Source of the DNA: a virus
Lineage: Duplodnaviria; Caudoviricetes
Strand: one strand, 5' to 3'
DNA length: 64,000 nucleotides
Virus record (IMG/VR): IMGVR_UViG_2721755758_000001
Location: 8,709-72,708 of that record
Shown: piece by piece, positions 57,196 through 64,000 of the stretch
Position numbering within the stretch: position 1 is the stretch's first letter
Layout: each line of letters starts with the position of its first letter
Position numbers and translations under genes: made by a program
Notes under the pieces: model-generated
The model's database searches: none
The model's input: the letters and a program-made list of their open reading frames with translations, nothing else
What the model was told of the DNA's origin: nothing

Positions 57196-58320
57196 GTGAT
57201 GAAAATGATACTATCTAAAAAAATCAGATTATATCCAACCAAAGAACAAGAACAAAAATTATGGCAATCAGTTGGAACTGCAAGATTTATCTATAATTGG
57301 ACGTTAAACAAGCAAGAAGAAAATTATAAAAATGGTGGTAAATTCATTTCTGATAATAATTTAAGAAAAGAGATTACTCAATTAAAAAAGAATGAATTAT
57401 CTTGGCTTAATGAAGTATCCAATAATGTAGCGAAACAATCAGTTAAAGATTGTTGTAATGCTTATAATAACTTCTTTAAAGGTTTAGCTGATAAACCTAA
57501 ATTCAAAAGTAGAAAGAAAAGTAAACCATCATTCTATAATGATACTTCTAAATTAAAAGCTAAATCTAAAGCAGTATTAATTGAAAAAATAGGTTGGGTA
57601 AAAACCAAAGAACAAGTGGATATAAATATTAAATATACTAATCCAAGAGTGAGTTTTGATAATAAATATTGGTACTTATCCGTAGGCATGGAAGTAGAGC
57701 AGCCTATAACTCAATTAACTGATGAAAGTTTAGGTATAGATGTTGGGGTGAAAAATTTAGCCATATGCAGTAATAGAATGACTTTTAAAAATATTAATAA
57801 AACTAAAGAGGTCAGAAAGTTAAAGAAAGCATTAAAAAGAAAACAAAGACAATGTTCAAGAAAATATGATATGAATAAAAAAGGAAAGGAGTATGCCAAA
57901 ACTAAGAACATTGCAAAACTTGAAAAGCAGATAAAACTTATTCACCGTAGATTGTCTAATATAAGATTAAATTATATTCATCAAGTAACCACAAAGATAG
58001 TGAAAACCAAACCATCAAGAGTAGTTATGGAAGATTTGAATATAAAGGGAATGATGAAGAATAAACATCTATCTAAAGCAATAGCAGAACAATGTTTATA
58101 TGATTTTAAAACGAAAATGAAATATAAATGTGAGTTCTATGGGATTAAATTTGTTGAAGCAGATAGATATTATCCATCATCTAAGTTATGCAGTTGTTGT
58201 GGCTCTATAAAAAAAGATTTAAAGTTAAGTGACAGAGTGTATAAATGTTCGTGTGGTTTAAATATAGATAGAGACTATAATGCAAGTATTAATCTTAGTA
58301 GATATAAATTAGCAATTTAA
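57196..58320 (+). CDS. tnpB: RNA-guided nuclease TnpB
   Basis: KIRLYPT HTH, GIDVG, VMEDL, YPSSKLCSCCG..C.CG, DRDYNAS; RuvC D-E-D intact. Confidence 0.95.
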   Translation: MMKMILSKKIRLYPTKEQEQKLWQSVGTARFIYNWTLNKQEENYKNGGKFISDNNLRKEITQLKKNELSWLNEVSNNVAKQSVKDCCNAYNNFFKGLADKPKFKSRKKSKPSFYNDTSKLKAKSKAVLIEKIGWVKTKEQVDINIKYTNPRVSFDNKYWYLSVGMEVEQPITQLTDESLGIDVGVKNLAICSNRMTFKNINKTKEVRKLKKALKRKQRQCSRKYDMNKKGKEYAKTKNIAKLEKQIKLIHRRLSNIRLNYIHQVTTKIVKTKPSRVVMEDLNIKGMMKNKHLSKAIAEQCLYDFKTKMKYKCEFYGIKFVEADRYYPSSKLCSCCGSIKKDLKLSDRVYKCSCGLNIDRDYNASINLSRYKLAI

Positions 58321-58500
58321 TCACTTAAAAGATATTGTTAATATGTACCATGCGTTGTATGGGAATTTACGCCTTTGAAGTGTTACATCAAACTAAAGTA
58401 GTCTATGTTTATCAAGACAAAATAGGACACGATGAATAAGGAATCAAACAAGCTTTATAAAGTTTTATAAGGTTTTGGCAACGGTACTTTATGAGTGGAT
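58320..58500 (+). ncRNA. Putative omegaRNA (scaffold plus guide TACTTTATGAGTGGAT)
   Basis: Non-coding 3' region of tnpB ending at element right end; boundaries inferred. Confidence 0.55.
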
Positions 58501-58776
58501 ATTGCAAATTTAATAAATAATTATGGATTTCCTATTGCTGCATGTTGCGTGATGGGAATTTTTATTTACCAAATGTGGGGTAGGATAAATAAAACTTTAG
58601 ATAAAGTAATAGAAACTAACGCTGAACTTGTAAAAAATAATGCTGAACTTGTAAAAAATAATTCAGATATGATTTTAAATTCAAAAGAAATGAGTTCGAA
58701 AGTTGATAAAATTGAAGCTGATGTTGGTAATATAAAAGTTAATATTTCAGATATCTTAAATAAGATAGAAAAATAA
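58495..58776 (+). CDS. BhlA/YvrJ-like holin-type protein
   Basis: NLINNYGFPIAAC one TM segment plus coiled coil. Confidence 0.7.
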   Translation: MDIANLINNYGFPIAACCVMGIFIYQMWGRINKTLDKVIETNAELVKNNAELVKNNSDMILNSKEMSSKVDKIEADVGNIKVNISDILNKIEK

Positions 58777-58802
58777 AAAGCCGGTGAAATTCCGGCTTTT
58801 TT
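58777..58802. terminator. Bidirectional terminator
   Basis: AAAAGCCGG-TGAAATT-CCGGCTTTT between convergent genes. Confidence 0.8.
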
Positions 58803-58803
58803 C

Positions 58804-59478
58804 TTATTCGTATAATATTTCTTGATTAAGTTCGTTGTATATGCTTCCTGTTGATTTATCTACATAGAAAGTTGATATTATCTTAAATTTATAGTTATAT
58901 TGATCTATGGAGTTTTCACATAAAATTTTATATTTTCCATCAAATTGTTTAAAACTATATCGTATTCTATCAGGATAATAAGACTTCATTCTTATTAAAT
59001 GCTTACTTACTATATCCTCTGCTTCTTTATATGTTAATTCAAATTTATCATTTAGAATAGCATTTGAATTATTCAAGTTTATATCCATATCTAAGCAATC
59101 CCAGACTCCTTGATTGCATCTAAATAAATGTCCAGTATCAGGATCATAGAAATAATCATTTATATCTTCTCTGTTTCCATTTCCGTATTCTGCATATGAA
59201 ACATATTCATATAAAGTTTTTCCTAGCAAGCCACATTTCTGTAAAAAGTCATAATTATTAATTGTTTTTTCTCCATAGTAATCTACTATTTCATGATTAT
59301 AAGCATAATCTTGTTGAATCATAGTTTTTATATCTTGCTTTTCTTTATCTTTTTGTATTTGTTGCTTAAATGTTAATTCAGAATCTGAATCATAACTAAT
59401 TGCATTAGCTTTTATAGGACTAAAGAGCATAAGAGCAGTACATAAAGTAATAAATAAACTTGTTAATTTCTTTTTCAT
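58804..59478 (-). CDS. Secreted protein (moron), PepSY-like C-terminus
   Basis: Signal peptide MKKKLTSLFITLCTALMLFSPIKANA; FYVDKSTGSI. Confidence 0.65.
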   Translation of the reverse strand: MKKKLTSLFITLCTALMLFSPIKANAISYDSDSELTFKQQIQKDKEKQDIKTMIQQDYAYNHEIVDYYGEKTINNYDFLQKCGLLGKTLYEYVSYAEYGNGNREDINDYFYDPDTGHLFRCNQGVWDCLDMDINLNNSNAILNDKFELTYKEAEDIVSKHLIRMKSYYPDRIRYSFKQFDGKYKILCENSIDQYNYKFKIISTFYVDKSTGSIYNELNQEILYE

Positions 59479-59649
59479 TTTAACCTCTCCCTTTTAATTC
59501 TCATATTGTTTTATATCATTATTGCAAGTATTGTTATAAAAATTAATCCTCCAACTATCAATACTGGTAATGTAATTGAATACTATAATATATGGTTATA
59601 GGGGTAGAGTTATTACAATTTTAAATTCCTATTATAAAAGAATTGCGAA

Positions 59650-60072
59650 TTAAAATATAATACGTTCTTGCTTTATTAAGCCTAAATATAATTTTATTTG
59701 TTCTTCGCAAAATTCTCTCCATTCCAAACTTTTAATATTTGGTTCTTCAAAATGCAATTCTACAGAAATAATATCACCCCAAGACAAACAATCTAACTCT
59801 TGTATTGCATCTTTAAAACCAAACGTATCCTCAAAATCTTCTTCGCAATCCTCGCAATAAAGCCAACTATATGAACTATATTCACTTTCATCATATTCAA
59901 TTGATATTTTCTTACTTCCACAATGAGGGCATACGACTTTTGGAATTGCTTCGATTAATGCCTGTTTTTCTTTATATTGTTGTTTAATATATTTTCTTAC
60001 CAATCCTAATTTGTAAAAATTGGTTTTATGTGAAAATTCTTTAACTCTTTTTCTTAATTCCTTACCTTTCAT
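59650..60072 (-). CDS. Zn-ribbon hypothetical protein
   Basis: CPHCGS...CEDC. Confidence 0.6.
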   Translation of the reverse strand: MKGKELRKRVKEFSHKTNFYKLGLVRKYIKQQYKEKQALIEAIPKVVCPHCGSKKISIEYDESEYSSYSWLYCEDCEEDFEDTFGFKDAIQELDCLSWGDIISVELHFEEPNIKSLEWREFCEEQIKLYLGLIKQERIIF

Positions 60073-60099
60073 TTGTTTCGCCCCTTCTGCATATTACGA

Positions 60100-60795
60100 T
60101 TAATTATTTTGTATAATTAATTTTCGTATATAATCTAGTCCTTTTTGAAATACAACCGTTTTATGGAGAATCATTGTTCCTTTTGTTACCTCTACAAGTT
60201 TAAAATAACCTCTATCAACATATTCTTGATATGGTGTATTATCTTTGCATAATATTTTTTTATCTCTAAGTATCTGAAATAGTTTATTTCTCCCTATTCC
60301 TTTTACATTAATTATTTTAGCAATTTTGCTCATATCGAAGGTTTCATTTGATTCTGTAACCGTATCGTAGAATTCTGCTTTAGGTTTCATCTCTTGATTT
60401 TCTAATTGAAGCTTTTCATTTTCTTCTACCTGAGATAGAAGTTCTTTTAAAGCTTCTTTATATGTTTTTGGTAACTTTGGCTGATTTTCTTTTAACTTAT
60501 TCTCGCATTTAATAAAGTAATTTCTATATTCGTGAGACTTTTCAGTCCTTGCCATCATTGCTAAATGCTTTGCCATTTCTAATGTAATTATATATCCTAC
60601 GCTTTTATCTCCACTCGTACCTGTGACGAATGAGGAATAATCTACATTTTCACTAAAAAAATCATTTTCCACTATATTGTTTTTGCACCATTTGGACCAG
60701 TTAGAAATATTCAATCCAAGTCCTAAGTATAATTCCTTTGCTGATACTAACTGTTTTCCATTTTTTGAAACTATTTTAATCAATTCATTATCCAT
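60100..60795 (-). CDS. Antirepressor (AntA N-terminus plus KilA-C)
   Basis: VSAKELY..L, MAKHLAMM, RNYFIKCE, PKAEFYD, IGRNKLF..LR, PYQEYVDRGYF. Confidence 0.9.
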   Translation of the reverse strand: MDNELIKIVSKNGKQLVSAKELYLGLGLNISNWSKWCKNNIVENDFFSENVDYSSFVTGTSGDKSVGYIITLEMAKHLAMMARTEKSHEYRNYFIKCENKLKENQPKLPKTYKEALKELLSQVEENEKLQLENQEMKPKAEFYDTVTESNETFDMSKIAKIINVKGIGRNKLFQILRDKKILCKDNTPYQEYVDRGYFKLVEVTKGTMILHKTVVFQKGLDYIRKLIIQNN

Positions 60796-60824
60796 TTTTC
60801 ATATCTCCTTCAAAATCAAGTTTA

Positions 60825-60932
60825 TTGAAAGAGTAATATTTTAATGTTATACTATATTAGAAAGATATTACTCTTTCATTCGAGTCTTAAGCATTCACAA
60901 TCTTTGGTAGGGGAGTGAATGCTTATTCTTTT
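60825..60932 (+). ncRNA. Putative antisense small RNA unit opposite antirepressor leader
   Basis: TTGAAA-17-TATACT promoter with extended TG; terminator TAAGCATTCAC/GTGAATGCTTA plus TTCTTTT; no ORF. Confidence 0.55.
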
Positions 60933-61099
60933 GTATCTAACATTTTAATTTTTATAAGTTCTTGAAATTCCAGCAGATCATCTCTTGTTGCTTTGTTTCT
61001 TATAAATGAACGTGCTATACTTCTATATTTTAAATAATTAGAGCGTTCTTTGTTTTTTTCTTGCCATCTTTTATTTATCTCTGTTCTTTGATTTCCCAT
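60923..61099 (-). CDS. Small conserved phage protein
   Basis: RBS AGGAGG; NKRWQEKNKER..YL.YRS.ARSFIRN.AT..DL.E. Confidence 0.7.
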   Translation of the reverse strand: MGNQRTEINKRWQEKNKERSNYLKYRSIARSFIRNKATRDDLLEFQELIKIKMLDTKE

Positions 61100-61241
61100 A
61101 ACTGCCTCCTTTAATAATATTGTACTACTATTAGTACAATAAAACAATAATATTTTGAATATTTACAAATAAATGTAATATAAAAAGTTATAAATATTTT
61201 TTTGTTTACGTAATATATTAATAGTGGGAGAGTGATCAATT

Positions 61242-61448
61242 ATGGAGATAAAAAATAGATTACTAGAGATAAGACTGAGCATGGGATATAAAACCCAAGG
61301 AGAATTTGCTAAACTATTAGAGATACAACAACCTAGATATTGCATGTATGAATCAAATCAAGCCCAGCCAGGCTTGAAAAGAGCATTTGAGATAGCCGAA
61401 AAATTAAATAAAGATATAAATGATGTTTTTTACAAAGAAGAAAGCTAG
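61242..61448 (+). CDS. XRE-family HTH transcriptional regulator
   Basis: NRLLEIR...QGEFAKLL....Y..YE....QP. Confidence 0.85.
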   Translation: MEIKNRLLEIRLSMGYKTQGEFAKLLEIQQPRYCMYESNQAQPGLKRAFEIAEKLNKDINDVFYKEES

Positions 61449-61472
61449 GATTAAATTCCTAGCTTATTTAAA

Positions 61473-61739
61473 TTATTCAACCTCAATGGTTATGGTCTTG
61501 TTTTTCATGTCAATTTCTATAAAAGGACAAAATGTATCTAAAAAAGGTTCAAAATCTTCATCATCACATTCACTTGTATCTGCTATAAATCCTTCAAACA
61601 TAGATCCTACATTAAAATTAAAAGTATTTTCGAAGAAAGCATAACAAAACTCTTCTAAAGTGTATTCTTCTTTGTATATTTCGCTTGAATTATATTTGGT
61701 TTCTAACCAGTCAAATAAATTTATTCTTGAATTACTCAT
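61473..61739 (-). CDS. Acidic hypothetical protein
   Basis: 88-aa ORF with RBS AGGAG. Confidence 0.55.
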   Translation of the reverse strand: MSNSRINLFDWLETKYNSSEIYKEEYTLEEFCYAFFENTFNFNVGSMFEGFIADTSECDDEDFEPFLDTFCPFIEIDMKNKTITIEVE

Positions 61740-61752
61740 AATTAATACACTC

Positions 61753-61914
61753 CTATTTTAATAATAAATTTGCATATCTAAATATATTCTGTATATAGTT
61801 ATCTTCTATTTTAGTTCCCTCTGATGACAACCAATCATTTATTCTGTGTAAGCAATCCTCTTTTATATACTCTGGAATATCGCTAGTTACTAAAGCTTCT
61901 ATTGTATTAATCAT
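61753..61914 (-). CDS. Small hypothetical protein (53 aa, not in ORF track)
   Basis: RBS GAGGAG; IPEYIKEDCLHRINDWLSSEG...D.YI. Confidence 0.55.
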   Translation of the reverse strand: MINTIEALVTSDIPEYIKEDCLHRINDWLSSEGTKIEDNYIQNIFRYANLLLK

Positions 61915-62121
61915 ACTTTATCTCCTCTTAAATCTTTTATATTACACTATATGATTATTCGACTATTTTATTACAACTTTTTATAAAAAAATTTCTAAAA
62001 ATTATAAAATATTATTTATTCTTTATAATTTTTTTAAAATAAATCAGAAATTTTTTATAAAAAATAAGAACAATTTTTAATTTTTCTGAATAGTATGCAC
62101 TATAAAGAATGACAAAGAGGT

Positions 62122-62997
62122 TTGAAAATGAAAAATTATAATACTGTTGGATTAGATATAGGAAATAAAAACGGTAAGAGCAATACTGGAATTATTTTTG
62201 ATAGTAGAATAAGCACTATCAACTCATTTAATGAGAGTGAAAAGTTTATAATTGATGGAACTACCTATTATTTAGGAGAAGGCGAGTATGATACAACTTT
62301 TAACAAAATAGATAAGAAAAATTATATTAATCTTCTATATATACTGCTTTCTAAAAGTTCAATTAGCACAGCTAATTATGTTGGATTAGGATTACCTTTA
62401 TGCCAGTGGCAGAACTTTAAGGGGCCACTAAAAGAAAAGGTAATGAAAAATGATTTTAAAATAGTTAATGGAAATCCCTTTCAAATTGTAGAATGTGAAG
62501 TATTTCCGGAGGGAGTTGCTAGTTTAGACGATGAATGGGAAGGTGTTGTAATTGACATAGGAGGACTTACTACAGATTGTGCATTAGTTTATACAGAAAA
62601 CAATGAAAGGCATATTACAGAGCCTATAAGTATACCAAGAGGAACTATAAATCTGTTTGAAGATTTTATAACAAGATTAAATAATAAATTTGGATTAGAC
62701 CTGCAACTAAGAGATGCTGAAAGAAAGTTGAAAAGTGGATTAAGTATAGGAGGACAAATTCAAGATATAGGCTTCGCTCTACAAATATTCGATGATTTTT
62801 ATGAAAATTTACTTTCAAAATTAAATACTCATTATTCTCTAAAAACTGAAAATATTTCAATGACTGGTGGAGGATCTAAGCTATTCTATGAAAGATTAAA
62901 AAAAGGAATAGGGAATAATGTATCTCTCCAAGATGATTACTTATTTGCTAATGCTAATGCTTATTATGACTTAATGTGTTCAATGTACGAAGAATAG
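62122..62997 (+). CDS. parM: ParM/StbA-family actin-like ATPase
   Basis: GLDIGN..K, GLP, VFPEG, VIDIGGLTTD, TGGGS, ANA. Confidence 0.9.
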   Translation: MKMKNYNTVGLDIGNKNGKSNTGIIFDSRISTINSFNESEKFIIDGTTYYLGEGEYDTTFNKIDKKNYINLLYILLSKSSISTANYVGLGLPLCQWQNFKGPLKEKVMKNDFKIVNGNPFQIVECEVFPEGVASLDDEWEGVVIDIGGLTTDCALVYTENNERHITEPISIPRGTINLFEDFITRLNNKFGLDLQLRDAERKLKSGLSIGGQIQDIGFALQIFDDFYENLLSKLNTHYSLKTENISMTGGGSKLFYERLKKGIGNNVSLQDDYLFANANAYYDLMCSMYEE

Positions 62998-63009
62998 GAG
63001 GAATGAGAT

Positions 63010-63237
63010 ATGTCTATGACAAAAACAATATCATTTAGGCGTTCAGAAAAGAAAATGTTTGATTTTTTGCTAATACAAAATGATTATTCTTATTACCTTA
63101 AAGAACTGCTAAAAAAGGATGAAAATTATTTACAATATTTAAAAGAAACTGAAAATGAAAGTAAAGATATGTCAATTAAAAGTCAGTCAAAGTCAAACAA
63201 ACCTAAAAGAAAAATATCTACTTTTGTTGCTGGATAG
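63010..63237 (+). CDS. Putative ParR-like adaptor
   Basis: Small gene after parM; TISFR..E...FDFL....S.YLKEL RHH-like. Confidence 0.6.
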   Translation: MSMTKTISFRRSEKKMFDFLLIQNDYSYYLKELLKKDENYLQYLKETENESKDMSIKSQSKSNKPKRKISTFVAG

Positions 63238-63282
63238 CATTAAAAATGCCTTCTTTTCAGAAGGCAATAGAATATCCTATAT

Positions 63283-63327
63283 CGCTATACGCTACTTCGC
63301 TAGGCTTCGCTACGCTTGCGTACGCTA
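63283..63327. repeat. GC-rich CGCTA repeat cluster
   Basis: CGCTA at 63283, 63290, 63298, 63308, 63323; CGCTT at 63313. Confidence 0.6.
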
Positions 63328-63393
63328 TAGCTTATTCATGAAAATTTAATTTGTTACACTTTTTATTCAATTTATATCATTTTTAATAAATTC

Positions 63394-63471
63394 TTAAGAA
63401 AATATTACTGCTCCTACACCTATTACGTACATTATAAAAGATCCTGTTGTTATTAAAAAAGCACTTGTCAT
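63394..63471 (-). CDS. Putative 25-aa hydrophobic peptide
   Basis: RBS GAAAGGATGTG; MTSAFLITTGSFIMYVIGVGAVIFS. Confidence 0.4.
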   Translation of the reverse strand: MTSAFLITTGSFIMYVIGVGAVIFS

Positions 63472-63553
63472 ATTGCAACACATCCTTTCTCTTTTATAAC
63501 ACTATTATGTGTAGTTTATAATTTCTTATTCAAAAATTTAAGGAGGTAATTTT

Positions 63554-64000
63554 ATGAAAAAAGAATTAACAATGAGTATCCACGAATTTATGGAAGTACA
63601 AAGAGGAAATCTAACATACAAAGATATAAGAAAACTTAGGCAAGAAGAAAACAAAGAACTTGATAGAATCGCAGGAATTATTTTAAATAATCCCAAGGCT
63701 AGAAGAATGACAATAAGTATTATTGCGAGTATCAATATGGCAATGATAGAACAGATGTGTTACGCAGATGAATTAGGGAATGCTACACAAGCACTTACAT
63801 CGGCTCAAAATAAAATAGTATTTTTAATGCAGAGTGCTTTAAGCACTATAATAGTAATATCTTGCCTTTTTGATTTAGGAAAATCTATTTTAAGTAAAGG
63901 AAATGATGATACATTGTCTATAGTATTAAAATATGTTGGCTATGAAATTGCAGCTATTGCCGCACCTCCAGGACTTAATATGATCAAAAATTTATTTTAG
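63554..64000 (+). CDS. Membrane protein with VirB2/TrbC pilin-like layout
   Basis: Long leader, CYA-D processing-like site, two hydrophobic helices. Confidence 0.5.
   Translation: MKKELTMSIHEFMEVQRGNLTYKDIRKLRQEENKELDRIAGIILNNPKARRMTISIIASINMAMIEQMCYADELGNATQALTSAQNKIVFLMQSALSTIIVISCLFDLGKSILSKGNDDTLSIVLKYVGYEIAAIAAPPGLNMIKNLF

Larger units (their letters stand above)
56898..58484 (+). mobile_element. Non-autonomous IS607-like element (RHH plus tnpB, no tnpA)
   Basis: Right end ..ATAAAGTTTTATAAGGTTTTGGCAACGG; candidate left GG at 56898-9 (approximate); lies between two lysis genes. Confidence 0.65.

Noticed and set aside
56898-58484. IStron (group I intron-IS hybrid)
   Set aside because: Only about 50 bp lie between the left end and the RHH gene, too little for an intron core, and the insertion is intergenic.
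58621-58662. 21-bp tandem duplication GCTGAACTTGTAAAAAATAAT
   Set aside because: It is an in-frame heptad duplication in a coiled coil with no sign of separate function.
1-64000. Element-wide TAG reassignment (alternative genetic code)
   Set aside because: Many intact genes end in TAG directly before the next gene's RBS (e.g. 2038, 42672, 43115, 47062), and long genes have no internal TAG; no suppressor tRNA was seen.
1-64000. CRISPR array, DGR/retron, tRNA or rRNA genes
   Set aside because: No regularly spaced repeat-spacer array, no reverse transcriptase motifs and no cloverleaf recognised by eye; a tRNAscan/Infernal run was not possible.

Overview
An AT-rich, Clostridium-type temperate myophage (prophage or phage-plasmid), almost all on the + strand; no integrase or att site falls inside the window. 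About 1-24.5 kb is the early/replication region: initiator with iterons, DnaB, three tandem 189-aa sigma factors, ThyA, RuvC-like resolvase, HNH nucleases, C5 and N6-type methylases, SSB, a GH13 amylase, a late activator and SpoIIID. About 25.3-55.7 kb is packaging, head and contractile tail, interrupted by a HEPN moron, a GH2-LamG glycosidase and an acyltransferase. About 55.7-58.8 kb is lysis, split by an IS607-like RHH-tnpB element. About 58.8-64 kb holds an antirepressor, an HTH regulator, ParM/ParR and a VirB2-like gene. The most unusual observations are: two unrelated HNH genes each broken by one TAG at an expected Trp codon; a 17-bp operator palindrome repeated 8 times, tied to twin promoters driving AbrB-like genes missing from the ORF track; four late-promoter-like sites with phased 11-bp boxes; a stop-codon-anchored motif between small gene cassettes; an apparently split and permuted baseplate hub; and a set of sporulation regulators. 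Family assignments come from reading motifs by eye, not from database searches.
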